A DNA stretch of 64,000 nucleotides, taken from sequence record LR756502.1, one strand, 5' to 3'. Shown here in pieces: positions 17,068 through 27,763 of the stretch. The notes under the pieces were generated by a model that made no database searches, was not told the origin of the DNA, and saw only the letters and a list, made by a program, of their open reading frames with translations. The stretch's first letter is position 1, and the number at the start of each line of letters is the position of its first letter. The translations under genes and the position numbers were made by a program.

Positions 17068-19671
17068 ATGAAAAAAATGACAAAAATAGTAATAACAGGT
17101 GGTTTAGGATATATTGGTACTGAACTGTGTAAATTATACTCTGGTGAGGCTAGGTATAAAAAAATAGTTGTGATGGATACAAGATTTGTATCTGAACGAG
17201 TTAAGCAGTTAACTGACTGGGGCATAGAATTTGTTCAAGGGTCAATTATGGATGAGACTCTTATGCAGAATCTTCTAAAAGATGCTGATGTTATTTACCA
17301 CTTAGCTGGAGTAACTGATGTTGCTTATGTTAAAACTCAATCAAACGAGGAAAAGGATAAAGAAATAAGAGAATTTGGCATTACTGGTACTAGAAATGTT
17401 ATAAAGTATGCTCCTAAAAGATCTAAAATAGTATTTCCATCTACACACGTTGTTTATGAAGGTCTTGATAATACAAAATTTGATATAGTTGAGAGTGAGC
17501 CAACAAAGCCAGTACTTGTCTATTCAAATGGTAAAGTGGAGTCCGAAAAAGATTTAGAAAATTCGGACCTAAACTATATTGTTGTTAGACTTGCCTCTGT
17601 TTATGGATACTCAACTGATACTATGAGAATGAATATTATGCCTAATCTATTTTCTAAGATAGCATCACAGAATGGAACAATAAGTCTATTCTCTGGTGGT
17701 ATACAACATAAGAGTTTAGTTGCATTACTTGATGTTGTTAGAGCAATGAAATTTTTAGCAGAGTCATCAATTAGTAGAGAGGTATTTCATCTATCTAATG
17801 AGAACATGACAATAAAAGAAGTAGCTGATATTTGTAAGAAGGTAAATCCAAAAGTTACTATTATTGAGACAAAAGATGAAATTCCAAATTTAGGATATAC
17901 AATATCAAATAGCAAATTATTATCAACCGGATTTACCTTTCTATATAACATTGAGACATCAATAAAGGATATGATTGGAAGTTGGTTAATGAGAAACCAA
18001 CCAGATGAGTTGGAGTATATAATGAAGGGTGAGAAGGAGTACATTGACGCTAGAGGTAAGATATCAAACTATGAGCTTACTGAACCAATAAATCTAATAG
18101 GATATATTGAATCTAAACCAGGTTCAATTAGAGCTAATCACTATCATCCAATACAGGAACAAAAGTGTTTGTTGATTACTGGTAAGTATATCAGTGTTAC
18201 AAAAGACTTAGCTGACCCGACCGCTGTTATCGAGACACGTGTAATAAATGCTGGTGACTTGGCGGTTATAAGACCAAATGTTGCACATACTATGGTTTTT
18301 CTTGAGGACTCTATCTTCCTTAACCTTGTTAGAGGTGAAAGAGAACATGAGAACTATGGAATTACACATACTATACCATATATACTTGTTGATGAGAAAT
18401 TTAAAAATGAATTAATGCAGAATTATAAGACATCTTGTAGATCTTGTGGAGGTTCTTTACTTAAAGATGTTGTTTCACTTGGAAAATCACCATTGGCCAA
18501 TAACCTATTGGATAATTTAGATGGTGAAGTTGATATGTTTCCTTTAGAAATGAAATATTGCCCATCTTGTCATAATGCTCAACTTTCATATGTTGTTCCT
18601 CCTGAGAAGATGTTTGATAACTACTTATATGTTTCATCTACAGCAGCTTCATTTAGAAACCATTTTGAGAAAGCAGCTGAGAAATATATTAATGAGTTCT
18701 CACTGAATAGTGATACATTAGTTGTTGATATTGGAAGTAATGATGGTGTTTTTCTTAAGCCTCTAAAAGATAGAGGTGTGAGTGTTCTTGGTGTCGAGCC
18801 AGCTAAAAACATAGCTGAGTTAGCAAATAGTAATGGGATAAGGACAATAAATTCTTATTTTGATAAAGAAGTTGTTGATAAAATATCCAAGGACTATGGT
18901 AATGCTAAGATTGTTACCGCATCAAATGTATTCGCTCACTCCGATGAATTAGTTAATATAACAAATAACGCATTTAAATTATTGGAAAAAAATGGATCAT
19001 TTATAATTGAAGTTCAGTATCTACTTGATACTATTAAAGACTTGACATTCGATAACATTTACCATGAACATACAAACTATTGGTCAGTTACATCATTAAA
19101 TAACTTCTTTAATAGACTTGGGTGTGTCATCTATCGTGTTGAACACATTGATACACATGGTGGATCTATAAGAGTGTATGTAAAAGATTGGGTTAATGGT
19201 GATAGTCCGATATTACTTGATGATAGTGTAAGTGATTTCCTTATAAATGAAAAGGAATTTGGTCTTACAGACTATGAAACTTATAAGACTTTTGCTAAAA
19301 GAGTAAGTGATATAAAAGTTACTGTTAATAATAACTTTAAAAGCTTGAAAGAGAATTTCAGTGTAATTGCTGCCTATGGGTCACCAGCTAAAGCTACAAC
19401 AGCTCTAAACTACTTTGGTATAGATAGTAGTATAATTGATTATACAATAGAAGATAATAAGATGAAGAACAATAAATTTATTCCAGGTGTTAATATACCT
19501 ATAAAGAATAAGGAATATTGTTATGAGAACTTACCAAATGTGATAGTTGTTTTAGCTTGGAACTTCTTTGAAGATATAAAGAAAAATAACCAAGATCTTA
19601 TAGATAGAGGTGTGTTATTTGTATCAATAAAGGATTTACAAGATGATAACTTTGATATATGGAGCTTCTAG
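17068..19671 (+). CDS. Triple fusion: NAD-dependent epimerase + cupin (3,4-ketoisomerase/epimerase-like) + sugar C-methyltransferase
   Basis: ITGGLGYIG and YSNGK; RANHYHP and RPNVAH; CRSC...CPSC, DIGSNDG, NVFAH, IYHEH, HGGSIR, AYGSPAK, LAWNF. Confidence 0.85.
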   Translation: MKKMTKIVITGGLGYIGTELCKLYSGEARYKKIVVMDTRFVSERVKQLTDWGIEFVQGSIMDETLMQNLLKDADVIYHLAGVTDVAYVKTQSNEEKDKEIREFGITGTRNVIKYAPKRSKIVFPSTHVVYEGLDNTKFDIVESEPTKPVLVYSNGKVESEKDLENSDLNYIVVRLASVYGYSTDTMRMNIMPNLFSKIASQNGTISLFSGGIQHKSLVALLDVVRAMKFLAESSISREVFHLSNENMTIKEVADICKKVNPKVTIIETKDEIPNLGYTISNSKLLSTGFTFLYNIETSIKDMIGSWLMRNQPDELEYIMKGEKEYIDARGKISNYELTEPINLIGYIESKPGSIRANHYHPIQEQKCLLITGKYISVTKDLADPTAVIETRVINAGDLAVIRPNVAHTMVFLEDSIFLNLVRGEREHENYGITHTIPYILVDEKFKNELMQNYKTSCRSCGGSLLKDVVSLGKSPLANNLLDNLDGEVDMFPLEMKYCPSCHNAQLSYVVPPEKMFDNYLYVSSTAASFRNHFEKAAEKYINEFSLNSDTLVVDIGSNDGVFLKPLKDRGVSVLGVEPAKNIAELANSNGIRTINSYFDKEVVDKISKDYGNAKIVTASNVFAHSDELVNITNNAFKLLEKNGSFIIEVQYLLDTIKDLTFDNIYHEHTNYWSVTSLNNFFNRLGCVIYRVEHIDTHGGSIRVYVKDWVNGDSPILLDDSVSDFLINEKEFGLTDYETYKTFAKRVSDIKVTVNNNFKSLKENFSVIAAYGSPAKATTALNYFGIDSSIIDYTIEDNKMKNNKFIPGVNIPIKNKEYCYENLPNVIVVLAWNFFEDIKKNNQDLIDRGVLFVSIKDLQDDNFDIWSF

Positions 19672-20624
19672 ATCCAACCTACATAAGAGATATATGTGAT
19701 TACTCATTTGGTGACCAATCTGGACTTGGGTGTCCTGGTGGTTATATGAAAAACTCTGATATAAATAATATAGAATTTATTAATAAGTATAGAAGTCTTG
19801 TAGGTGTTAAATCTTACATGACTTTATTCATAGATAATATTCGACTTTATAAAAGAGATGGTATAAAATATACCGCAATTGAGAAAGTAGATACTAGAGC
19901 TAGGTTATACAAAGACGCTGTTGTTAGTGAGTTTATGAAAAACAATGACTTACTATACCTATGTTCACAGCTTACTGATATGAACTTTATTATATTCACT
20001 GCATTTGAGGATACACCAATAGATGAATTTATCTTTGATAAGATACCAGATAATGTAATATCAATATATGCTTCAAACTGTATATCTTTTGGTGGAAAGG
20101 TTAAACCAATACCATATGGTATACAACGTAAAATAAGTTCTGGTGATAATAGACATGAAATATTATCATCTATGATATACAATAATGATGTCCCAACTAA
20201 ACTGCTTTACATAAACCACAGTTTGGGTACAAACCCAGAAAGAATAAAGATAAATGATATTCTATCAAATAAGCCTTGGGTTACAATTGCTAAAAATGTT
20301 GATTACTTTAATTATCTTATCGATATAAAGTCACATAAGTTTATGATATGTCCTGATGGAAACGCCATTGGTTGTGAGTGTCATAGAGATTGGGAAGTTT
20401 TGTATATGAGAAGAGTTCCAATTGTTGTTAGATCTGAGTATTTGGAGAGGATATTTGATGGATTTCCTGTTTTATTTGTTGATAGTTTTCTTGATATAAC
20501 AGAAGAACTTTTGATTAATAATGACCATCTATATCAAAGTGCATTGAGTATGAATATGGATAAGCTTGATATAAGTATTTTATATAACAACTATATCAAT
20601 GAATCCCTAAAAATAAATAATTAA
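19659..20624 (+). CDS. Exostosin/GT47-like protein (paralog 1)
   Basis: HKFMICPDGNAIGCECHRDWEVLYMRRVPIV. Confidence 0.65.
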   Translation: MELLDPTYIRDICDYSFGDQSGLGCPGGYMKNSDINNIEFINKYRSLVGVKSYMTLFIDNIRLYKRDGIKYTAIEKVDTRARLYKDAVVSEFMKNNDLLYLCSQLTDMNFIIFTAFEDTPIDEFIFDKIPDNVISIYASNCISFGGKVKPIPYGIQRKISSGDNRHEILSSMIYNNDVPTKLLYINHSLGTNPERIKINDILSNKPWVTIAKNVDYFNYLIDIKSHKFMICPDGNAIGCECHRDWEVLYMRRVPIVVRSEYLERIFDGFPVLFVDSFLDITEELLINNDHLYQSALSMNMDKLDISILYNNYINESLKINN

Positions 20625-20625
20625 A

Positions 20626-21612
20626 ATGAGATTACTAGACCCAACATTCCTTATGGATAATTGTGATTATTCATTCGGTAATTTAACCGGAGCTAACATG
20701 TATAATGGTCACTTAAGACCTGCTAATATTGGAAATCAAGAATTTTTAAGCAAGTGTGAGGCTCTAAGGGGTAATAAAGAATATATGACTCTATTTATAG
20801 ACAATATACGTCTTTATAGAAGAGAGGGTATTAGATATACTAATATGGAAAATCCTGGTGGGTCAAACTGGCAGTATAACAGATCCGCAAAAAATGATAT
20901 TCTTCAAAGAACATCAAGCGATGATCTGTTGAACCTATGTTCACAATTACCAGATATGAAATTTGTTATATTTGTTGGATTTGAGGATTCATCAATTGAT
21001 GAGTTTATTTTTGATAAAATACCTAGTAATGTTATTGCGATATATTCCTCAAATTGTATATCTTTTGGTGGTAAGGTTAGACCAATTCCATTTGGTATAC
21101 CTAGAAGAGCCAGTCTAAATGATAAAAGACAAGAAGTGACTATGTCATTGATTGACTTTGATAAACAACCAGTTAACCTTTGTTACATAAATCACAGTCT
21201 TGGAGCGAATCCGGAAAGGCCACTAGTTAATGAGTTCCTATCTAATAAAAGCTGGGTAACTATATCAGGTCCAACAACCATTGCTGCTGATGATTATAGA
21301 GCTTACTTAATGGAGATTAAAGACCATAAATTTATGGTGTGTGTTGATGGTAATGCTATTGGTTGTGAGTGTTATAGGAACTGGGAGACTTTATATATGA
21401 GAAGAGTTCCAATTGTTAAACGATCGCCATATATGGAGAAGATATTTGAAGGATTTCCGGTATTATTTGTTGATGAGTTTACTGACATAACCGAAGATTT
21501 GCTTATATCAAATGATCATCTATACCAAGAGGCATTAAATTTGGATATGAGTAAGCTTGATATGGATGTTTTGTATAATAAAATAATCTCGGATATAAAC
21601 TTAGACAAATAA
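20626..21612 (+). CDS. Exostosin/GT47-like protein (paralog 2)
   Basis: Colinear similarity to 19659-20624 (LFIDNIRLY, GNAIGCEC, LYMRRVPIV). Confidence 0.65.
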   Translation: MRLLDPTFLMDNCDYSFGNLTGANMYNGHLRPANIGNQEFLSKCEALRGNKEYMTLFIDNIRLYRREGIRYTNMENPGGSNWQYNRSAKNDILQRTSSDDLLNLCSQLPDMKFVIFVGFEDSSIDEFIFDKIPSNVIAIYSSNCISFGGKVRPIPFGIPRRASLNDKRQEVTMSLIDFDKQPVNLCYINHSLGANPERPLVNEFLSNKSWVTISGPTTIAADDYRAYLMEIKDHKFMVCVDGNAIGCECYRNWETLYMRRVPIVKRSPYMEKIFEGFPVLFVDEFTDITEDLLISNDHLYQEALNLDMSKLDMDVLYNKIISDINLDK

Positions 21613-21628
21613 GAAAATATAAAGTAAA

Positions 21629-22390
21629 ATGGAAATGAAACTAGAAATTGTAAATTGGATAAAAAGCTATACAAAGGATCAAAACTTCAAATTGGTTGTT
21701 GGTATATCTGGTGGTATAGACTCTGCAGTTGTTTCCACTCTTTGCGCAATGACTGGTATTGATACATATGTTGTATCTATCCCTATTCATCAAAAGAAAG
21801 ACCAGTTAACAAACGCTAAGAACCATATAAATTGGTTACAGAACAACTTCACGAATGTCATTGATTGTGATATAGATATGTCATCAACCTTTGATTTATT
21901 TGCTAGTATGTTTAATGATGGTCTTAATAGTAATCTTTCATTAGCAAACTCTAGATCAAGACTACGAATGATGACACTTTATCAAATATCTGCAAATATA
22001 AATGGTATAGTTGTTGGTACGGGTAATAAAGTGGAAGATTTTGGTATCGGGTTCTTTACGAAGTATGGTGATGGTGGTGTTGATATATCGCCAATTGCTG
22101 ATATAAATAAGTCCGAAGTGAGACAGTTAGCTAGAGAATTAAATATTATTGATGATATAATTAAAGCAAGTCCTACTGATGGTTTATGGGAAGATGATAG
22201 AACAGATGAAGATCAGATAGGTGCTACATATGAGGAGTTGGAATTTGTAATGGATTATAAAGGTAGCGTAGATCTTTTGTCTGATAGACAAAAGGAGGTA
22301 CTTTCAATATACAATGGATTTAACACAAGGAATCAACATAAGATGGTTTCTGTGCCGGTTTTTAAAAATAAAAAAAATGAAAAATTATGA
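21629..22390 (+). CDS. nadE: NH3-dependent NAD+ synthetase
   Basis: VVGISGGIDSAV, ANSRSRLRM, VGTGNKVE, FFTKYGDGGVD, PTDGLW..RTDE. Confidence 0.95.
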   Translation: MEMKLEIVNWIKSYTKDQNFKLVVGISGGIDSAVVSTLCAMTGIDTYVVSIPIHQKKDQLTNAKNHINWLQNNFTNVIDCDIDMSSTFDLFASMFNDGLNSNLSLANSRSRLRMMTLYQISANINGIVVGTGNKVEDFGIGFFTKYGDGGVDISPIADINKSEVRQLARELNIIDDIIKASPTDGLWEDDRTDEDQIGATYEELEFVMDYKGSVDLLSDRQKEVLSIYNGFNTRNQHKMVSVPVFKNKKNEKL

Positions 22391-23640
22391 ATATAGGATT
22401 TATAGGTTTAGGTAAACTAGGACTACCTTGTGCATTGGCATCCGATGCTAAGGGGCATAAAATTTTTGGATTTGATATTAATCCAGATGTTGAGAATATT
22501 TTAAAGACTAAAAAGCTACCTTATAGAGAAGAAGGAGCACCTGAGCTTCTTGAGAATCACAACATAAGCTGGTCTAGTATGTCTGAGGTTGTTTCTAATT
22601 CAGATATAATATTTGTTCCGATACAAACTCCACATAATGAGAAGTATGAAGGTGTTACTAGAATTCCTGATGAGAGAATTGACTTTGATTATACTTGGTT
22701 GAAATCTGGAATGAAGGATCTATCAGATGAGATAAAGAGACAAGGAAATGATAAAGTTGTTGTTATAATATCAACAGTTTTGCCTGGTACTATAAGAAGA
22801 GAAATAAAGCCTCTATTAAATGATAATGTAAAATTGTGTTACAATCCATTCTTTATAGCGATGGGTACAACTATTAAGGACTTTAGCTCTCCTGAGTTTG
22901 TTTTGTTTGGTGTTGATGATGATAGTGCTTATGAATTAGCTACTAAGTTTTACTCCACAATACATGATAAACCAGTCTATAAATGTACTATTGAAGAAGC
23001 TGAGATGATTAAGGTTACATACAATACATATATAACAATGAAGATATGTCTAGCTAATACTGTTATGGAACTATCTCATAAGATGGATAATATAAATTGT
23101 GATAATGTTATGGGTGGTCTATTTTTAGCAAACCAAAGACTTATCAGTACTAAATATCTTTCTGGTGGTATGGGTGATGGTGGAGGATGTCATCCAAGAG
23201 ATAATATTGCATTATCTTGGTTGGCCAAAGAGGTTGATCTAAGCTTTGATTGGTATAATAATTTGATGTTTTGTAGAGAGAGTCAGACTGAGTGGTTATG
23301 TGATCTTATTATAGAAGAGAAGAAAAAAACTAACTTACCGGTTATTATTCTTGGTAAAACATTTAAGAAAGAAACAAACCTTGTTGTTGGTAGTACATCA
23401 ATTCTTTTGAAGAATATCTTGGAAGAGAAAAAAACTGATGTTTTGATGTATGATCCATGGATAGATAGTGGTGATGCTCCATTGAGCAATCCATCTATAT
23501 TCTTCATTGGTACTAACCACGATGCTTTTCTTGATTATAGATTCCCAGTAGGATCAATTGTTATTGATCCTTGGAGATATATGAGAGAACAAGAAGGTGT
23601 TAGATTAATAAAAATAGGAGATTCAAAACATGGAAAGTAA
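22387..23640 (+). CDS. UDP-glucose/GDP-mannose dehydrogenase family
   Basis: IGFIGLGKLG, ISTVLPGT, YNPFF, GGGCHPRD. Confidence 0.9.
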   Translation: MNIGFIGLGKLGLPCALASDAKGHKIFGFDINPDVENILKTKKLPYREEGAPELLENHNISWSSMSEVVSNSDIIFVPIQTPHNEKYEGVTRIPDERIDFDYTWLKSGMKDLSDEIKRQGNDKVVVIISTVLPGTIRREIKPLLNDNVKLCYNPFFIAMGTTIKDFSSPEFVLFGVDDDSAYELATKFYSTIHDKPVYKCTIEEAEMIKVTYNTYITMKICLANTVMELSHKMDNINCDNVMGGLFLANQRLISTKYLSGGMGDGGGCHPRDNIALSWLAKEVDLSFDWYNNLMFCRESQTEWLCDLIIEEKKKTNLPVIILGKTFKKETNLVVGSTSILLKNILEEKKTDVLMYDPWIDSGDAPLSNPSIFFIGTNHDAFLDYRFPVGSIVIDPWRYMREQEGVRLIKIGDSKHGK

Positions 23641-24463
23641 TATTATAGAAAAGGGTATAGATGATGTGAAGTTATATTGGAATACAAGACCTTGTAACAT
23701 TAGACACTCAAATAAAGAGATTGGTACCGCTCAATATTTTGATGATGTATCTGCTAGAAGATATATGGTTGAGCCACATATAGTTAACTTTGCTAATTTT
23801 GCTGATTGTAAAGACAAAACAGTACTAGAGATAGGGTGTGGAATTGGAACAGATACATCGTCATTTATACAAAATGGTGCAATCGTTACCGCTGTTGATA
23901 TTTCTGAAGAGAGCTTAAATATTGCTAGAAAGAGAATGGATGTATTCAATCTAAAGGCTGATATTAGATACGCTGATGCTGAAGAGTTGTCAAAATTTGT
24001 TGATGAGAAGAAATATGATATTATTTACTCATTTGGTGTTCTACATCATACTCCGACTCCAGAGAACGCTTTTAGAGAAGTGACTAAATTTATGGATGAG
24101 AATTCTGAGTTTAGGCTTATGGTATATCATAAAGGAGCTTTTAAGGTTTTTCAAATATTGGAGGATTATGACTTTGATTATAAAAATGCAGATGCTCTTA
24201 TAGCAAAGCACTCAGAGGCACAAACAGGTTGTCCGGTTACATTTAGTTATACTCCCAAAGAGATAACTAAGGTGTTGGATAGTGTTGGTTTAGAGGTTGT
24301 TAATATTGAAATAGCTCATATCTTCCCATATAAAATAGATGAGTATAAAAGATATGAATATGTAAAAGAAGATATATGGAATATGCCAGAAGAGACATTC
24401 AATGAATTTCAGAAAAAGTATGGATGGCATTTATTAGTTACTTCTAAATTAAAAAATAAATAA
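23630..24463 (+). CDS. Class I SAM-dependent methyltransferase
   Basis: VLEIGCGIGTD, YDIIYSFGVLHHTP. Confidence 0.85.
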   Translation: MESNIIEKGIDDVKLYWNTRPCNIRHSNKEIGTAQYFDDVSARRYMVEPHIVNFANFADCKDKTVLEIGCGIGTDTSSFIQNGAIVTAVDISEESLNIARKRMDVFNLKADIRYADAEELSKFVDEKKYDIIYSFGVLHHTPTPENAFREVTKFMDENSEFRLMVYHKGAFKVFQILEDYDFDYKNADALIAKHSEAQTGCPVTFSYTPKEITKVLDSVGLEVVNIEIAHIFPYKIDEYKRYEYVKEDIWNMPEETFNEFQKKYGWHLLVTSKLKNK

Positions 24464-24467
24464 AAAA

Positions 24468-25919
24468 ATGAAGGTATTAATTACAGGAGGAGCGGGATTT
24501 TTTGGTTCTAAATTAGCAGAGAAGCTTTTGGATAGAGGTGATGAAGTCACTGTATATGACAACTTATCTTTTGGAGATGCTGGTTGTAAGAATTTTATTA
24601 AAAAATCAAAATATAAACTGGTTGTTGGTGATGTTACTGACTTTAATTTACTAGAGTCGGTTGCTTTGGAGAATGATGTTGTTGTTCATATGGCTGCTCT
24701 TGTTGGTGAACCAATATGTAAAGCAAATAAAGATAAGGTTTATAAAATAAATACTGAACCTGCTGAATTTTTGTCTAGTTTATGTGATAAGAATGGAAAG
24801 AAATTTATCTTCCTAAGTACTTGTTCAAACTATGGTAAAAATGAGCAAATGGTAAATGAGGACTCTCAATTAAATCCACTTGGTTTATATTCTGATTCCA
24901 AGATAAAGGCTGAGAATTATATAATAAACAACGTTAAATCATATCTAATATTAAGATGTGCTACACTATTTGGAGTATCTCATAGAATGAGAGTTGACTT
25001 AACAATCAACCAATTTTTGTTTGAGATTTTTAATTCTGGTGGGGTTAGTGTTTATGGTGAGGCTGCTTGGCGACCATATCTTCATGTTAGTGATGCTTGT
25101 AATATGATTATTATGGCAATTGAAAAAGATTTAAAAGGTGTATATAACTTAGGCAACGAGTCATTAAACTATACAAAGAAGCAAATCATTGATGATTTAA
25201 AGAAATTTGGTGACTTCAAGATAGAGTATGTTTATTTTGATGATCCAAGAGACTATAAGGTCAATTTTAGAAAGATCAATTCAGTATTAGATTATAAGAT
25301 ACAATTTGACCTAGAGACTGGTATAGATGAGATATCTAACTATCTAAATAAAGAGGGTAAGATACCTTTTGTTAGACCTATGTCATCCAGTAATCTAAAG
25401 AAAGGTAGTGATGTATTCATAGATACCGACTCTGTAATTAGAAGACCAAACCTATCTAGTGTAGGAAACCATGTTGCTATAGATAAGGGATTCTATTGCA
25501 CTACGTCTATTGAAATAGGTGATTATACTCACATATCACCATATGTTACTTGTATTGGTGGTGAGAATGGTAAATTTATCTGCAAAGGATTTAATAATAT
25601 TATGACTGGATCTAGAATAATATGTTCATCTGATAGATTTGATGATAGTGGCTTATTTGGATCAATGATTCCAGTTGAGTTAAAGGGTAATCAGATTACC
25701 AAGCCAGTTGTGATGGAGGAGTTTTCAAATATTGGAACAAATTCAATAGTTATGCCTGGTTCTACATTGAGAAGAGGTGTATTACTATGTGCTGGTAGCT
25801 TATTAATTGGTGATACTGAAGAGTGGGGTGTTTATAAAGGAAACCCAGCAGTTTTGGTAAAGAAGATAGATCCTACGAAAATATTAGAGAATGCTAAAAA
25901 ACTTGGATATAAAGGATAA
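24468..25919 (+). CDS. Fusion: NAD-dependent epimerase/dehydratase + left-handed beta-helix acyltransferase
   Basis: LITGGAGFFGS, LYSDSK, RPYLHV; C-terminal hexapeptide repeats ending GVYKGNPAV. Confidence 0.8.
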   Translation: MKVLITGGAGFFGSKLAEKLLDRGDEVTVYDNLSFGDAGCKNFIKKSKYKLVVGDVTDFNLLESVALENDVVVHMAALVGEPICKANKDKVYKINTEPAEFLSSLCDKNGKKFIFLSTCSNYGKNEQMVNEDSQLNPLGLYSDSKIKAENYIINNVKSYLILRCATLFGVSHRMRVDLTINQFLFEIFNSGGVSVYGEAAWRPYLHVSDACNMIIMAIEKDLKGVYNLGNESLNYTKKQIIDDLKKFGDFKIEYVYFDDPRDYKVNFRKINSVLDYKIQFDLETGIDEISNYLNKEGKIPFVRPMSSSNLKKGSDVFIDTDSVIRRPNLSSVGNHVAIDKGFYCTTSIEIGDYTHISPYVTCIGGENGKFICKGFNNIMTGSRIICSSDRFDDSGLFGSMIPVELKGNQITKPVVMEEFSNIGTNSIVMPGSTLRRGVLLCAGSLLIGDTEEWGVYKGNPAVLVKKIDPTKILENAKKLGYKG

Positions 25920-26635
25920 TGGAAGAGGTAAATTTTATATTAAGTATTGGTGATTGTTGTGTATCTGCTGAGTTATGTAAGGCTAATAAGGCTAGTGTGG
26001 ATAGACTTGGATATGGGTTTATATTTGACTGGGCTGGTAGTGATATTAAAATTGTCTGTGATGTTGTTGAGAATGGATTTGATTGGCATATAAATAATAA
26101 TATTATAGGTATGAAACTTAATAAAAGACATACTACTGAGACTAATGATTATGACCCATACTTATCACCTGGTCAAAGACCATTTAGAGTTGATAGATAC
26201 AATAACTTTTTTTGTCCTCATCATGGAGGAACTGAGATTGTCGGTGGTGTGGAGGTACCTAGAGGAGTTGAGTATATGACTAAATGTGCTGAAAGATTCT
26301 TCAAGGTATTAAATAATACAAGTGGATATAGTGTTGTCTTTTTATATATGTCTGCTATGGAGTTGCCGACAGATGATCTTTTAAGATTTGTTGATATAGT
26401 TAGTAGAAATTATACCGGCTTGAAATTCAAGGTTGTTGCTGCGAATTCAATCTATACTGATGAGCCTCTTGGAATAAAGCATACAAAAATAAATGAATCA
26501 CTTGATATTTATAACTGTAAATCTCCTGGTGTATTCTATTCGAATGCTATGAAAGATAATCAATTCTATGTTGATTTGTTTAATACTATTATTCCATATA
26601 AATTAAATATAATTAATATAGATGATGTTGGATAA
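25919..26635 (+). CDS. DUF1796-like putative papain-fold protein
   Basis: LSIGDCC, FIFDW, FCPHH, KCAERF. Confidence 0.5.
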   Translation: MEEVNFILSIGDCCVSAELCKANKASVDRLGYGFIFDWAGSDIKIVCDVVENGFDWHINNNIIGMKLNKRHTTETNDYDPYLSPGQRPFRVDRYNNFFCPHHGGTEIVGGVEVPRGVEYMTKCAERFFKVLNNTSGYSVVFLYMSAMELPTDDLLRFVDIVSRNYTGLKFKVVAANSIYTDEPLGIKHTKINESLDIYNCKSPGVFYSNAMKDNQFYVDLFNTIIPYKLNIINIDDVG

Positions 26636-26921
26636 AAAAGATATAATATTGGAATTTATTATTAGTGAATTTGGTGGAAAGAAAGGACATTATTCATATT
26701 GTTTATTCCCGGAGGGAGAATGCACTTGTAGACATTTAAGTACCGCTTCATATGATACATCCTTGATAAGGGGTGGTTATGTTGATTCCTTCTCGATGAT
26801 TAATGTTTTGGTTTTTTTGGAAAAAACATTTAATGTTAGGATACCAGATGATAAGGCAACCGCTGATCATTTTGATACGGTTAATAAAATGGTTGATGTG
26901 TTAGATTCATTGGGAGTTTAA
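26622..26921 (+). CDS. Acyl/aminoacyl carrier protein (DltC-like)
   Basis: GYVDSFSMINVLVFLEKTFNVRIPD...FDTVNKM with phosphopantetheine Ser. Confidence 0.75.
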   Translation: MMLDKKDIILEFIISEFGGKKGHYSYCLFPEGECTCRHLSTASYDTSLIRGGYVDSFSMINVLVFLEKTFNVRIPDDKATADHFDTVNKMVDVLDSLGV

Positions 26922-26936
26922 AAAAATTATAAAAAT

Positions 26937-27749
26937 ATGATAACAGTTAATTTTAATAGAGTTTTTGTTGAGAATAATATAGCATTGGGTAACCATATGT
27001 TTCAGTACGCAGTTTGTAGATTAGTTGCTACTAAGAATAATTACAACTTTTTTATATCATATGGCGATTATATATCAAAGTGCTTTCCAGGTATTGATCT
27101 TGGTGTTAATGATGGGAAGTCAAAATATACTTGGATAGATGATAATATGTCTCAGGCATATAGATCGGATATATTCAATATTCCTGACTTCACTGACTTA
27201 CACGGATTTTATCAAACTGATAAATATTTTCAAGGTAATGAGGAATTGGTTAAATCTTGGTTTCCAATTGATATCAATGATGATTCTTTTAGTGGCACAC
27301 CTACTGTTAAATCAATAGCTGAGTTGTTTCCAGTTGATGATTTTTGTTACATGCATATTAGAGGTGGTGATGCTAAAAATGATGCCAATTGGTTAATGCC
27401 AAGGAAGTATTATTCTGATGCTATGGCTGAGGTTAGAAAGATTAAACCAGACATCTCCTTCGTTATAATAACCGATGATATTGAATTATCTAGAGAATAT
27501 TTTCCAGAAATAACTGCTATTGGATATGATGATTCTATTGATAGTATATCTGCACTTATGATAGATTTTAGATCGTTATATAATTCAAAATATTGTATAA
27601 TATCAAGCTCAACATTTTCTTGGTGGGCATCTTGGTTAAGTGATAAGATAATAACTGTGGCTCCAAATAATTGGTTGAATTATAACAAACCAACCGGAAG
27701 TGGTTTTTATCCAGTTGATATTAAGGTTGATAAATTCACCTACGTTTAA
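26937..27749 (+). CDS. GT11 alpha-1,2-fucosyltransferase family
   Basis: LGNHMFQYA, MHIRGGD, VIITDD, SSTFSWWASWL. Confidence 0.85.
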   Translation: MITVNFNRVFVENNIALGNHMFQYAVCRLVATKNNYNFFISYGDYISKCFPGIDLGVNDGKSKYTWIDDNMSQAYRSDIFNIPDFTDLHGFYQTDKYFQGNEELVKSWFPIDINDDSFSGTPTVKSIAELFPVDDFCYMHIRGGDAKNDANWLMPRKYYSDAMAEVRKIKPDISFVIITDDIELSREYFPEITAIGYDDSIDSISALMIDFRSLYNSKYCIISSSTFSWWASWLSDKIITVAPNNWLNYNKPTGSGFYPVDIKVDKFTYV

Positions 27750-27763
27750 AATAAAGTATAGAT

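Noticed and set aside
21629-22390. nadE as a described NAD-reconstitution (NARP) pathway
   Set aside because: The NARP enzymes known to me are not NadE, and none is visible here; kept only as a low-score finding.
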